From assembly GCA_963667785.2 (NCBI GenBank), contig CAXXMU010000002.1:544001-608000 (forward strand): a stretch of 64,000 bases of DNA, written 5' to 3'. Position numbers and translations under genes: made by a program. Below, piece after piece: positions 17,642-28,250 of this stretch. Position 1 is the first letter of the stretch, and the number at the start of each line of letters is the position of its first letter. The notes under the pieces are model-generated. The model was given only the letters and a program-made list of their open reading frames with translations. It made no database searches and was not told the DNA's origin. This DNA is from Alphaproteobacteria bacterium. Lineage in GTDB: Bacteria > Pseudomonadota > Alphaproteobacteria > UBA828.

Positions 17642-20600
17642 CTATGCCGGCTGGGGCTGGCGGGCGGCGCCGAGGCGCTCGGCGCGCAGCCGGCGGGTCG
17701 CCTCCTCGTCGATGCGCATCGGTTCGGCCTCGATCACCACGCCGTAGTCGTCGCGCGCACGCTCCACGGTGGTGAAGCCGTCGAGCACGTCGGCGAGCAC
17801 GAGCGCAGGGTCGCGCTCCAGCGGCTCGCCGTAGCCGCCCGAGTTCGGCACCGTGATCTCGATGCTGTCGCCGGCGGCAAGCCGGAAGCCGGTGAACTTG
17901 GACGGCCAGGCCTCCTCGTCCGTCTCGCCCCGGTTGCGGACCACCGAGGCGTTGAGGCCCGCCATGCCGCCGAAGATGCCCCAGGGCTCGTCGGATTCGT
18001 GCCGCTCGCCCTCGCAGGTGACGATGGTGTCCTCCAGCATCCGGTTGACCCGCACCATGCCGATGCCGCCGCGCCACTTGCCGGCGGCGCAGGGCTCGTC
18101 GCGCAGCTCGTAGCGCTCGGTGCGGATCGGGAAGCGCCATTCCAGCTCCTCGATCGGGTTGTTGCGGGTGTTCGCGATGAGGCAGTCCACGGCGTCGAGC
18201 CCGTCGCGGTCCGGCCGCCCGCCGTAGGAGCCCTCGTCCACCTCGAGATAGACCCAGTATTCGCCCTGCTCGGTGTCGAAGCCGGAATAGGAGATGAAGT
18301 GCAGGTGCGCCGAATTGCCAGCCGTGACCTTCTCCGGCACCACCGGCGCGAGCGCCCGCAGCACCAGATCGACCGCGCGCTGGACCTGGCAGAAGCGCGC
18401 GAAGCACGACCGCGGGAAGTTGGGGTTGAAGATCGAGCCGGCGGGCGCGATCACGTTGATCGGCCGCGTCATGCCCTCGTTTTGCGGCACGTAGACCGGG
18501 TGCGTCACCGTATCGAGGAAGATCATCCGCGTGATGAAGGACATCGCCGAGCAGGTCGTGCCCTCGAAGGGCACGTTGTAGCCGGTCGGCACCTCGTCGC
18601 TGGAGCCGGTCAGGTCGTAGGTGATCTCGTCGCCCGCGACGATGACCTTGACCTTCACCGGCAGCTTGCGGCCGCGGTTCACCCCGTCGTCGTCGAGGAA
18701 GCCCATGGCGGTCTCGTACTCGCCGTCCGGGATCTTGGCGATCTCTCGCCTGAGCATCTGCTCGGAGTAGGTCATCCAGTGCTGGCCGGCGGCCTCGACG
18801 GCGCCGAGCCCGTAGCGCTCGACGAGGTCGAGATAGCGCCGCTTGGCGAGCTCGCAGGCCGCGATCATCGCCTGGATGTCGCCCTCGTTGGGCGTGGGCG
18901 TGCGCATGTTCTCCAGGATGTGCCGCCAGAGCCCCTCCTGCCGCACACCCTTCTCGGCGAGCTTCACGGCGCGGTAGATGTTGCCCTCGGCGTAGATGTC
19001 CACGGCGTTGATGTTGAGGCCGGGATAGGCGCCGCCGATGTCGAGCAGATGGGCCGACGCGCCGGCGAAGCCCACCAGCTCCTCCCGGTGATAGATCGGC
19101 ATCACGATGGCGCAGTCGGGCGAATGGGTGGCGCCGTAGTAGGGGTCATTGTGGAAGATGATGTCCCCCTCGTGGATGTCGCCGTCGAGCAGCTTGATGA
19201 CGTTCTGGACGATGCGCGGCATCGCGCCCATGAACATCGGCGTCGATTCCGATTCCGCCAGCATGAGCCCGTCGCGATCGAAGATGCCGGCGCCGAGATC
19301 CTCCGATTCGCGGATGATCGAGGAATAGGACATGCGGTAGAGCACGCCGGCCATCTCCTGGGCGATGGCGGTGAAGGCGCCGCCGATGACCCGCTGCATG
19401 ATCGGCGCCGCGAGGTCGTGCCCGTGCTGCGCGACTGCGCCGGCGCAGTCGATCACGATGTTGCCGCGCGCATCGATGGCCGCCTCGCAGCGGGGCGGGA
19501 TCACCACGGTGGTGTCGTACTGCTCGACGATGGCGGGGCCTGCGATGCGCTGGCCGGCGCGGAGCGCGGCGCGCTCGTAGAAGGGCGTCTCGTGGGTCTC
19601 GCCCTTGCCCTCCACCTCGAACACCACCGGCTGGCTCAGCAGCGGCGTGGCCTCGCCGCCACCGCCCTCGATCTCCGGCCAGTCGAGGTCGGGGATGCGG
19701 CCGATGCCGACCGCGCGGATGTTGATGATCTCGACCGGCGCATCGAAGCGATGGCCGTACTCGGCCTCGTGCGCCTTGTGGAAGCGCTCGGCCAGTTCCT
19801 CGATCCAGGCATCGTCGATGGCGCCCGCCGGCGCATCGAAGCGCACCTCGTAGCCCTGCCCGGCGTAGCGGCAGTCGGCGAGGCGGCGGACCAGCCGGTC
19901 GCCTTCCGGCACGCCGTCGGACTCCAGCCGGGCCAGCGCCTGCGTCGTCAACGCCTCGAAGCGCGCGGCGAGATGGGCGCGGTCGAGGGTGGCCAGCGGC
20001 TGGCGCTCGGTGGCGACGAACTCGTGCTGCATGTCGGTGGCGAGCAGCCCGGTGGCGGACAGGATGCCGGGATGCGGCGGCACCAGGACCCGCGGAATCT
20101 CCAGCTCGACCGCGATGTCGCAGGCAAAGAGGGGGCCCGCGCCGCCGGCGGCGACGAGCGTGAAGTCGCGCGGGTCGTAGCCGCGCCGCACACTGTTGAG
20201 CTCGATCGCCTGGACCATGCTGAACTTCTGGATCTGGAGCGCGCCGAGCGCGGTCTCCTCCAGCGTCATGCCGAGGGTATCGGCGAGCCCCTGCAGGGCC
20301 TGCTGCGCGAGATCGGCGTGCAGCGTCATGCGCCCGCCGACCAGCCCGCGGTCGGTACGGAGCCGGCCGAGCGCCACCTGGGCGTCGGTGGACGTGGGCT
20401 CGGCGCCGCCGCGGCCGTAGCAGGCGGGCCCCGGGTCCGCGCCCGCCGACTGCGGGCCGACGCGGTAGATCCCGCCGTCGTCGACATAGGCGATGGAGCC
20501 GCCGCCGGCGCCGATGGTGTCGATATCGACCATCGGGATCATGGCCTGGTAGTCGCCCACCTTGGTGTCCAGCAGGTGGCGCATCCGCAGCTTGCCGTCC

Positions 20601-21505
20601 GCCGCCACACCGATGTCCGCCGAGGTGCCGCCGATATCGAGCGTGAACACGTTGTCGTAGCCGGCCATCCTGCCGGCCCAGATGCCGCCGATGAGGCCCG
20701 CGACGGGCCCCGACATCATCAGGTTGACCGGGCCGCCGGTGGCACTCTCCGCCGTCGTCATGCCGCCCGAGGACTGCATCAGGCGCACGCCGCGCTGCAG
20801 GCCGGCGTCACGCAGGCCGGCCTCGAGGCGCCCGACGTAGCTGCCCACGCGAGGGCCGACGTAGGCGTTGAGGCAGGTGGTCGAGAAGCGCTCGAACTCG
20901 CGGTAGAGCGGCAAGACCTCGCTGGAGAGCGAGAGGTAGGCGTCGGGGCACTCCTCCCGGAGGATCTGCTCGATGCGCTGCTCGTGCGCGGGGTTGAGGT
21001 AGGCGTGCAGCAGGCAGACGGCGATCGCGTCGACGCCCGCCTCGCGCAGCGCACGTGCGCGCTCGCGCACCTCCGCCTCGTCCAGCGGCACGACGACCTC
21101 GCCATTGGGCGCGGTGACGCGCTCCTTCACCGTCAGCCGGTGGCGCCGCCTGACCAGCGGGCGCGACTGCCACGGCAGCTCCTGCTGGAGCGAGAAGTTA
21201 TGCGGCTTCTTGTGGCGGGCGATGTGCAGCAGGTCGCGGAAGCCCTCGGTCGTGATCAGGCCGACCTCGGCGCCCTTGTGTTCGATCGCGATGTTGGTCG
21301 CCACGGTGGTGCCGTGCAGGAGAAGGTCCACCGCCGGCAGGCTGACGCCGGCCTTCTCGCACAGCGCGTCCACGCCGGTCATCACCGCCCGCGCCGGATC
21401 GTCCGGCGTGGACGGCACCTTGTCGACCGTGATCGCGCCGGCCCCCTCGTCGATCAGGATCAGATCCGTGAACGTGCCGCCGACATCCACCCCGATGCGC
21501 CGCAT
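17642..21505 (-). CDS. Fused hydantoinase A/B (5-oxoprolinase / ATP-dependent lactamase family)
   Basis: 1287 aa; A half: GVDVGGTFTD, HGTTVATN, DIGGTSAD, GAGGGS, GPQSAGADPGPACYG; B half: IIRESEDLG, HNDPYYGATHSPD, AHLLDIGG. Confidence 0.92.
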   Translation of the reverse strand: MRRIGVDVGGTFTDLILIDEGAGAITVDKVPSTPDDPARAVMTGVDALCEKAGVSLPAVDLLLHGTTVATNIAIEHKGAEVGLITTEGFRDLLHIARHKKPHNFSLQQELPWQSRPLVRRRHRLTVKERVTAPNGEVVVPLDEAEVRERARALREAGVDAIAVCLLHAYLNPAHEQRIEQILREECPDAYLSLSSEVLPLYREFERFSTTCLNAYVGPRVGSYVGRLEAGLRDAGLQRGVRLMQSSGGMTTAESATGGPVNLMMSGPVAGLIGGIWAGRMAGYDNVFTLDIGGTSADIGVAADGKLRMRHLLDTKVGDYQAMIPMVDIDTIGAGGGSIAYVDDGGIYRVGPQSAGADPGPACYGRGGAEPTSTDAQVALGRLRTDRGLVGGRMTLHADLAQQALQGLADTLGMTLEETALGALQIQKFSMVQAIELNSVRRGYDPRDFTLVAAGGAGPLFACDIAVELEIPRVLVPPHPGILSATGLLATDMQHEFVATERQPLATLDRAHLAARFEALTTQALARLESDGVPEGDRLVRRLADCRYAGQGYEVRFDAPAGAIDDAWIEELAERFHKAHEAEYGHRFDAPVEIINIRAVGIGRIPDLDWPEIEGGGGEATPLLSQPVVFEVEGKGETHETPFYERAALRAGQRIAGPAIVEQYDTTVVIPPRCEAAIDARGNIVIDCAGAVAQHGHDLAAPIMQRVIGGAFTAIAQEMAGVLYRMSYSSIIRESEDLGAGIFDRDGLMLAESESTPMFMGAMPRIVQNVIKLLDGDIHEGDIIFHNDPYYGATHSPDCAIVMPIYHREELVGFAGASAHLLDIGGAYPGLNINAVDIYAEGNIYRAVKLAEKGVRQEGLWRHILENMRTPTPNEGDIQAMIAACELAKRRYLDLVERYGLGAVEAAGQHWMTYSEQMLRREIAKIPDGEYETAMGFLDDDGVNRGRKLPVKVKVIVAGDEITYDLTGSSDEVPTGYNVPFEGTTCSAMSFITRMIFLDTVTHPVYVPQNEGMTRPINVIAPAGSIFNPNFPRSCFARFCQVQRAVDLVLRALAPVVPEKVTAGNSAHLHFISYSGFDTEQGEYWVYLEVDEGSYGGRPDRDGLDAVDCLIANTRNNPIEELEWRFPIRTERYELRDEPCAAGKWRGGIGMVRVNRMLEDTIVTCEGERHESDEPWGIFGGMAGLNASVVRNRGETDEEAWPSKFTGFRLAAGDSIEITVPNSGGYGEPLERDPALVLADVLDGFTTVERARDDYGVVIEAEPMRIDEEATRRLRAERLGAARQPQPA

Positions 21506-21746
21506 GGCTCTCCTCCCGCGTCAGCCGGCGGCACTTGCCGTGCGCCGTCGCGTGACGCTCGTTCGCTGCCGGCGCGCCGCTCGTCTCCCGTGCGCCGGCA
21601 CGCCCAATCTTCGCCGACGCCCGCGCCCACGACAATCGCCATGCGAGGCGCGATGGCGGCTTGCAACCCGCCGGCGCCGTCGCCACCTGACGCTTGAGGG
21701 TCGCCTCCAAGCCAGCGGGGCTGCGTCAGTGGGCGAGCATCGTGCC

Positions 21747-23147
21747 ATGTTCCTGAGCGCCTTCGACATCTTCAAGGTCGGGATCGGCCCTTCCTCGTCC
21801 CACACCATGGGGCCGATGGCGGCGGCCGGGGCATTCGTGGCGCTGCTGGCGGAGCAGATCTCACGCGATCCACCGCCCGATTCCTGGCTGCGCATTCACG
21901 TCTCGCTCCACGGCTCGCTGGCCTTCACCGGCAGGGGCCATGCGACGGACCGGGCGATCGTGTTCGGCCTGCTCGGCCATCGCGCCGGCGACATCGACAT
22001 CGACAAGGCGGAGGCCGAGGTGGCGGTCCTCAGGCAGAGCAGGCACCTGCCTCCCCTCGGCGGCACCACGCTCGTGTTCGATCCGCTTCACCACGTCTTC
22101 TTCGACTATGGCCCAGCGCTGCCGGGCCATCCCAACGGCATGGAGTTCCATGCCATCGACGCCGAGGGGACGGGCTATCTGAGCCAGATCTATTATTCGA
22201 TCGGCGGCGGCTTCATCGTGACGGCCGAGGAGCTCGGCGGCGACGGGGCGGGTGCCGGCGACGATGCGGGCACGCAGGTCCCGTTCCCGTTCGATAACGC
22301 CGCTTCCATGCTGCGCATGGCGGACGAGAGCGGCCGCTCCATCGCCGAGATGATGGAGGCGAACGAGCGCGTGGCGCTCAGCGGCGCCGAGGTCGACGCG
22401 CGGCTCGATGCCATCTGGCAGACCATGAACGGGTGCATCGAGCGCGGCATCTCGCGGCGGGGCGAGCTCCCCGGCGGGCTCCGCGTGAAGCGACGGGCGA
22501 GCGCGCTCTTCGAGCAGCTCACCTGCGAGCAGGGCTCCAACAGCGCCCAGCCGCACGTCTACGGCGACTGGCTCACGGTCTACGCCATGGCGGTGAACGA
22601 GGAGAACGCGGGCGGGGGCAGGGTTGTCACCGCGCCCACCAACGGCGCCGCCGGCGTCATTCCGGCGGTGCTGCGTTACTACCTGGACCACTGCATCGGC
22701 GCGAGGCCGGGACGGGTCGGCGAGTTCCTGCTCACCGCCGCGGCGATCGGCGGCCTGATCAAGGCCAACGCGTCGATCTCCGGCGCCGATGCGGGCTGCC
22801 AGGCGGAGGTGGGCTCGGCAGCCGCCATGGCCGCGGCCGGTCTCTGTGCGGTTCTCGACGGCACGCCGGCCCAGGTGGAGAACGCGGCAGAGATCGCGCT
22901 GGAGCACCATCTCGGCATGACCTGCGATCCGGTCGCGGGCCTCGTTCAGGTGCCCTGCATCGAGCGCAACGGCATCGGCGCGACCAAGGCCGTGGCCGCC
23001 GCCTCGCTGGCGCTGCGCGGCGACGGCACGCACTTCATGCCGCTCGACAACTGCATCGAGGCGATGCGCGAGACCGGCCGGGAGATGAGCGCCAAGTTCA
23101 AGGAGACCAGCTTGGGCGGCCTCGCGGTCAACATGCCCGAGTGCTGA
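21747..23147 (+). CDS. sdaA: L-serine ammonia-lyase (Fe-S L-serine dehydratase)
   Basis: [80 protein letters not shown]. Confidence 0.95.
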   Translation: MFLSAFDIFKVGIGPSSSHTMGPMAAAGAFVALLAEQISRDPPPDSWLRIHVSLHGSLAFTGRGHATDRAIVFGLLGHRAGDIDIDKAEAEVAVLRQSRHLPPLGGTTLVFDPLHHVFFDYGPALPGHPNGMEFHAIDAEGTGYLSQIYYSIGGGFIVTAEELGGDGAGAGDDAGTQVPFPFDNAASMLRMADESGRSIAEMMEANERVALSGAEVDARLDAIWQTMNGCIERGISRRGELPGGLRVKRRASALFEQLTCEQGSNSAQPHVYGDWLTVYAMAVNEENAGGGRVVTAPTNGAAGVIPAVLRYYLDHCIGARPGRVGEFLLTAAAIGGLIKANASISGADAGCQAEVGSAAAMAAAGLCAVLDGTPAQVENAAEIALEHHLGMTCDPVAGLVQVPCIERNGIGATKAVAAASLALRGDGTHFMPLDNCIEAMRETGREMSAKFKETSLGGLAVNMPEC

Positions 23148-23187
23148 TCCTGTCCGCCTTAGCGGACAATCGCTCGCCTTCCCGTCT

Positions 23188-24549
23188 TCACTCGGCCGCT
23201 TCGTCGGTCCGGTTCTCGATCAGCTCCTCGGCCTGGACCTCGCGGGGCTCGAGCTCGACCGGCTCCGGCGGCGGGATCGACGAGCTGGCGGACGTGACGC
23301 CGAGCGTCTCGAACTTGCGCGCCGCCGGCAGGATCCGGCTCTCGAGCGAGCCGATCCCCTTGTTGTAGCGCTCCACGGTCTGCCGCAGCGACTTCCCGAG
23401 GTCGCCCATGTGCCGCCCGAAGGTCCCGATCCGCTCGTAGAGGTCGCGCCCCAGCGCCGCGACTTCCTGCGCGTTCTCGGCCAGCTTCTCCTGCTGCCAG
23501 CCGAAGGCGATCATCTTGACCAGGGCGATGAGGGTGGTGGGCGTGCTGATGAGCACCTTGTCGCGCCAGGCCTTCTCGAGCAGGTCCGGATCGCTCTCGA
23601 TCGCCGCGGCGAAAAAGGATTCGCCGGGGACGAACATGACCACGAAGTCGGGCGCTTCCGTCACGGCCTTCGAGTATTCCCGCGAGGCGAGCGCGCGCAC
23701 ATGCTCCCGCATCTGGCGGGCGTGGTCGGCGAGACGCCGCTCCCGACTCTCCTCGTCGGGCGCATCCAGGGCGCTGAGGTAGGCATCGAGAGGCGTCTTG
23801 GCGTCGACGATGATCGAGGTCCCGCCGGGGACGTGGATGATCACGTCGGGGCGGAGCCGGCCCTCGTCGCCCGCGATGGTGGGCTGCTCCACGAAGTCCA
23901 CGTGCTTGGTCATGCCTGCCATCTCGAGCACGTTGCGCAACTGATACTCCCCCCAGCGACCGCGGGTCTCGGGTCGCCGGAGCGCTTGCACGAGGCGGCT
24001 GGTCTCCGAGCGAAGGGTGGTCTGGCCCTCCGCCAGGCTCTTCACCTGCTCGGTGATCTTCTCGTAGGCGCCGGTGCGCTCCTTCTCGATCTCGCCGACC
24101 TTTTTCTCGAACTTGCTGAGGCTCTCGCCGAGCGGCTTGACCAGCGTCTCGATCGCCGTGTGGCGCTTCTTCAGGTCTTCCCTGGCGCTCTCGCTGTGCT
24201 TCTCGAAGCGCTCGCTCACGAGCTTCAGGAAGCTCTCGCTGTTCTTGCCGAGCGCCTCGGAGGCGATGCCCGCGAACTTCCGGTCCAGCTCGGCGCCCAT
24301 GCGGGTGAGCTCGGCGACGCGCGCCTCGTGGCTCTCGCGCTCGGCCTTCCGCGCCGCTTCGAGCGCCGCGTTCCGGTTCTCGGCTTCCTGCAGCCGCTCG
24401 CGGAAAGCGGCACCCTCCTCCTCCAGCCGGGGCACGCGCTCGGCAGCGGCTTCGAGCCGGGCCGCCCGGCGCGCGAAAGCGAGATAGCCGAGCGCCGCGC
24501 CCGCGAGCGCCGCGAGCACGATGACGATGATGGTCAGCCCGAGGCCCAT
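23188..24549 (-). CDS. rmuC: DNA recombination protein RmuC
   Basis: N-terminal TM plus coiled coil; RGRWGEYQL, LRPDVII, VDAKTPL, DFVVMFVPGE, TPTTLIAL. Confidence 0.92.
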   Translation of the reverse strand: MGLGLTIIVIVLAALAGAALGYLAFARRAARLEAAAERVPRLEEEGAAFRERLQEAENRNAALEAARKAERESHEARVAELTRMGAELDRKFAGIASEALGKNSESFLKLVSERFEKHSESAREDLKKRHTAIETLVKPLGESLSKFEKKVGEIEKERTGAYEKITEQVKSLAEGQTTLRSETSRLVQALRRPETRGRWGEYQLRNVLEMAGMTKHVDFVEQPTIAGDEGRLRPDVIIHVPGGTSIIVDAKTPLDAYLSALDAPDEESRERRLADHARQMREHVRALASREYSKAVTEAPDFVVMFVPGESFFAAAIESDPDLLEKAWRDKVLISTPTTLIALVKMIAFGWQQEKLAENAQEVAALGRDLYERIGTFGRHMGDLGKSLRQTVERYNKGIGSLESRILPAARKFETLGVTSASSSIPPPEPVELEPREVQAEELIENRTDEAAE

Positions 24550-24565
24550 GTCGTCGATCCGCCCG

Positions 24566-26143
24566 TCAGAAGCTCAGGCGCTTCAGCCTGATGACGGCCG
24601 CGCGCGCATGGAGCCGCGCGAGCACCGCATCCGGGACCGGCGAATCGACCCCGACCAGCCCCACCGCATCGCCGCCCGGCTCCCAGCGTCCGAGATTGAA
24701 GGTGGCGATGTTGATGCCGGCCTCGCCGAGGATCGTGGCCACCGCGCCGATCAGCCCCGGCCTGTCCTCGTTGGTGAAGTAGAGCATGTGCGGGCCGAGC
24801 TCCGCCTCGATCTTGATGCCCTCGATCTCCACGATCCGCCGCCCGCCGCCGCCGATGAGCGTGCCCGCCACCCCTTGCGCCTTCTCGCCGGACAGCACCT
24901 CGACCCGCATGAGGGTCTGGTAGTCCTCTGTCGTCGCGCTCCTGATCTCGCGCACCTCGATGCCCCGCTCGCGGGCGAGGAAGGGGGCGTTCACCATGTT
25001 GACGTTGTCGAGCTGCGGGGCGAGCAGCCCCTGCAGCGCGGCCGCCGTGAGCAGCCGCGAATCCAGCGCGCTGGCCTGGCCCTCGTAGGCGACGGTCACC
25101 GCGCGGATGCGGCCGTCGGTGATCTGGCCGGCGAAGCTGCCGATCTGCTCGGCAAGCGTCAGGTAGGGGCCGAGCTTGGCCATCTCCTCCGGCGCCACCG
25201 AGGGGGCGTTGACGGCGTTCACCACCATGCCGCTCTGCAGGAACGTGGCCATCTGCTGCGCGATCTGCAGCGCCACGCTCTCCTGCGCCTCCACCGTGGA
25301 GGCGCCGAGATGGGGCGTCGCGATCACCTGGTCCAGCGCGAAGAGCGGGTTGTCCCGGGCCGGCTCCTCCTCGAACACGTCGAGCGCGGCGCCGGCGACT
25401 CGGCCGCTCTCGATGGCGCTCTTGAGGTCGTCCTCCACGATCAGCCCGCCCCGCGCGCAATTGACGATGCGCACGCCCTCCTTGGTCCTGGCGAGCGCGT
25501 CGGCGTCGATCATGCCCCGCGTGCCGTCCGTCAGCGGCACGTGCAGGGTGATGACGTCGGCCTCCCGGAGCAGCTCGTCCAGCGTCGCCAGCGTCACGCC
25601 GAGCGAGGCGGCGCGGTCCGGCGCGAGGTAGGGGTCGTAGGAGATGACGTGCATCTTGAGGCCCTGCGCGAGCGCCGCGACGATGGCGCCGATCGTCCCG
25701 CAGCCGACGATGCCGAGGGTCTTGTCGCGGAGCTCGACGCCCATGAAGCGGCCGCGCTCCCAACTGCCGGTGCGGGTGGAGCGGTCCGCTTCCGGAATCC
25801 GCCGCGCCAGCGCGCACATCATGGCGATGGTGTGCTCGGCCGCGGTCACGGAGTTGCCGTGCGGCGTGTTCATAACCACGATGCCGCGCGCGGTCGCCGC
25901 CTCCAGGTCGACATTGTCGACGCCGGTCCCGGCGCGGCCCACGACCTTGAGTCGGCCCGCCCGCTCCAGCAGCGCCGCCGTCACCCTTGTGGCGGAGCGG
26001 ATGGCGAGGCCCTCGTAGTCGCCCACGATCCCGGCCAGCGCCTCCGGCGCGAGACCGGCGCGCGATTCGGCCTCGATGCCGTGCTCGGCGAACGCCTGCG
26101 CGGCCACCTCGCTCATCTCGTCCGCGATCAGGACCTTCGGCAT
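24566..26143 (-). CDS. serA: D-3-phosphoglycerate dehydrogenase
   Basis: IRSATRV, GRAGTGVDNVD, VMNTPHGN, NCARGGL, TPHLGAST; C-terminal ACT domain (DRPGLIG...INIATFNLGR). Confidence 0.95.
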   Translation of the reverse strand: MPKVLIADEMSEVAAQAFAEHGIEAESRAGLAPEALAGIVGDYEGLAIRSATRVTAALLERAGRLKVVGRAGTGVDNVDLEAATARGIVVMNTPHGNSVTAAEHTIAMMCALARRIPEADRSTRTGSWERGRFMGVELRDKTLGIVGCGTIGAIVAALAQGLKMHVISYDPYLAPDRAASLGVTLATLDELLREADVITLHVPLTDGTRGMIDADALARTKEGVRIVNCARGGLIVEDDLKSAIESGRVAGAALDVFEEEPARDNPLFALDQVIATPHLGASTVEAQESVALQIAQQMATFLQSGMVVNAVNAPSVAPEEMAKLGPYLTLAEQIGSFAGQITDGRIRAVTVAYEGQASALDSRLLTAAALQGLLAPQLDNVNMVNAPFLARERGIEVREIRSATTEDYQTLMRVEVLSGEKAQGVAGTLIGGGGRRIVEIEGIKIEAELGPHMLYFTNEDRPGLIGAVATILGEAGINIATFNLGRWEPGGDAVGLVGVDSPVPDAVLARLHARAAVIRLKRLSF

Positions 26144-26170
26144 CGCTCCCGGCCTCGTCGGTTGGAGGGT

Positions 26171-27331
26171 CTAGCCGCCCCCATGCCCGCGCACCTCGTC
26201 CCAGGCCCAGTCGAGCCACGGGGTCAGCGCTTCGAGATCGTCGCGCTGCACCGTGCCGCCGCACCAGATCCGCAGCCCCGGCGGGGCGGCCCGGTGGGTC
26301 TTGATATCATAGGCCGCGTCCTCCGCCTCGAGCAGGGCGGTCATGCGGCGGATTACGTCCCACTGCGCCTCCTCGTCCAGCGCGGAGAACCAGGGGTCGA
26401 CGATGCTGAGGCAGACCGACGTGTGGGAGCGCGTCTCCGGCGCCCGCGCGAGGAAGTCGATCCACTCCCGCGCCGCCACCCACGACTCGATGACGCCGAA
26501 GTTGGCCCGTGACCGGGCGATCATCCCCGCCTGGCCGCCGATGGAGTCGATCCACCTCAGCGCGTCGAGCGCATCCTCCACCGCCATCATGGAGACGGTG
26601 TTGATGGTCTCGCCGCGGAAGATGCCCTCGTTGAGCCTGCCGTCCGCGGCGGTGAGCCGGAAGACCCGGGGCACCGGCCAGGGCGGCGTCTCGCTCTCCA
26701 ACCGCTCGACCGCCCTGGGCCCGAGGATCAGCATGCCGAACCCGGCCTCGCCGCCCATCACCTTCTGCCACGAGTAGCTGGTCGCATCGAGCCTGGTCCA
26801 GTCCATCGGGTAGGCGAAGACGGCAGACGTGGCGTCGCAGAAGGTGAGGCCCTCGCGGTCGGCGGCGATCCAGTCCGCATCGGGCACCCGCACGCCTGAG
26901 GTGGTGCCGTTCCAGACGAACACCGTGTCGCGCGCAGGGTCCACCCGGCGGAGGTCGGGCAGGGCGCCGTAGGGCGCCTCGATCACGCGCGCATCCAGCG
27001 GGTGCAGCGCGCTCTGGCCGTCGAAGGCCCACAGCGCGCCGAAGTTGTCCCAGCTCAGGAAGTCGACTCCGCGCGGGCCGAGCAGCGACCACATGGCCAT
27101 CTCGATGGCGCCGGTATCGGAGCCCGGCACGATTCCGAGCCGCCAGTCGTCCGGCAGCCCGAGCAGCGCGCGGGAGAGATCCAGAAGCTCCCTGATCCGC
27201 GCCAGCGGCTCCCGCGCCCGGTGCGAGCGGCCGAAATAGGCGCCCGCCAGCGCCTCCACCGTCCAGCCGGGCCTCTTGGGGCACGGCCCGGAGGAGAAGA
27301 GCGGATTGCCGGGGCGGACGGCGGGCTTCAT
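26171..27331 (-). CDS. serC: Phosphoserine aminotransferase (Methanosarcina/alphaproteobacterial type)
   Basis: MKPAVRPGNPLFSSGPCPKRPGW, GSDTGAIEMAMWSLLG, WNGTTSGVRVP, DATSAVF, SWQK, APPGLRIWCG. Confidence 0.93.
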   Translation of the reverse strand: MKPAVRPGNPLFSSGPCPKRPGWTVEALAGAYFGRSHRAREPLARIRELLDLSRALLGLPDDWRLGIVPGSDTGAIEMAMWSLLGPRGVDFLSWDNFGALWAFDGQSALHPLDARVIEAPYGALPDLRRVDPARDTVFVWNGTTSGVRVPDADWIAADREGLTFCDATSAVFAYPMDWTRLDATSYSWQKVMGGEAGFGMLILGPRAVERLESETPPWPVPRVFRLTAADGRLNEGIFRGETINTVSMMAVEDALDALRWIDSIGGQAGMIARSRANFGVIESWVAAREWIDFLARAPETRSHTSVCLSIVDPWFSALDEEAQWDVIRRMTALLEAEDAAYDIKTHRAAPPGLRIWCGGTVQRDDLEALTPWLDWAWDEVRGHGGG

Positions 27332-27371
27332 GGACGAGGAGGGCGTTGGCGGCGGCGCGGGCGTCTCGGGG

Positions 27372-28154
27372 TCACACCGTAATGGTGCCCTCGAGATACT
27401 GGACCGCACGGCCGGTGAGGCGGACCCGGTCGCCGGCGACGGTGCAATGCAGCACGCCGCCGCGCCGCGACACCTGGTGGGCGAGGAGGGTCTCCTTGCC
27501 CAGCCGCGCGGCCCAGAAGGGCGCCATCATGCAGTGGGCCGATCCGGTGACGGGGTCTTCGGGCACGCCGAGGCGGGGAGAAAAGAAGCGCGAGACGAAA
27601 TCCGCGTCGTCGCCCGGCGCGCTGACGATGACCCCGCGCCGGTCGTCGAGTCGCGCCAGCGCGCCCATGTCGGGCACGAGCGCCCTGATCTCGGCCTCGC
27701 TCTCGAACAGCGCGAGATAGTCCATGTCGGCGAAGACCGCGGAAGGCTCGGCGCCGAGTCCGGCGGCAAGGTCAGCTGGGAGCGCCACGGGCTCGGCGGC
27801 AAGCGCAGGGAAGTCCATGGTCAGGGCATCCTCGAGCCGGACCACCTCGAGCCGCCCGCTCCTGGTATCGAAGGCGACCTGACCCGCGCCCGGCCGCAGA
27901 TGGTGAAACACGACGTGGGCGCTGGCCAGCGTCGCATGCCCGCAGAGGTCGACCTCGGCGACCGGCGTGAACCAGCGCAGGTCGTAGGCGCCGTTCGCCG
28001 GGGTCAGGAAGGCGGTTTCGGAGAGGTTGTTCTCGGCCGCGATGGCCTGGAGCGTGTCGCCGTCCAGCCACGAATCGAGCGGACAGACGGCGGCCGGATT
28101 GCCGCCGAACACCGCATCGGTGAACGCGTCGACCTGAAACAACCTGAGGCGCAT
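27372..28154 (-). CDS. PhzF family isomerase/epimerase
   Basis: FQVDAFTDAVFGGNPAAV, ENNLSETAF, LRWFTP..EVDLCGHATLA, EDPVTGSAHC. Confidence 0.92.
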   Translation of the reverse strand: MRLRLFQVDAFTDAVFGGNPAAVCPLDSWLDGDTLQAIAAENNLSETAFLTPANGAYDLRWFTPVAEVDLCGHATLASAHVVFHHLRPGAGQVAFDTRSGRLEVVRLEDALTMDFPALAAEPVALPADLAAGLGAEPSAVFADMDYLALFESEAEIRALVPDMGALARLDDRRGVIVSAPGDDADFVSRFFSPRLGVPEDPVTGSAHCMMAPFWAARLGKETLLAHQVSRRGGVLHCTVAGDRVRLTGRAVQYLEGTITV

Positions 28155-28250
28155 GCAACAGTTTATTGACGATCCCGCGAAGGCATGCAAGCTGAGGCGG
28201 GGGCCGCGGCGCCGCGCGCCGCGCCGCAATGACCGGGTTCCGCCGACGGC

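Noticed and set aside
17606-21697. Very long ORFs antisense to or overlapping real genes (e.g. 17606..21697 +, 43750..46830 +, 35415..37514 -, 24521..26512 +)
   Set aside because: Shadow ORFs expected at ~70% GC with strong codon bias; they carry no recognisable motifs and mirror well-supported genes
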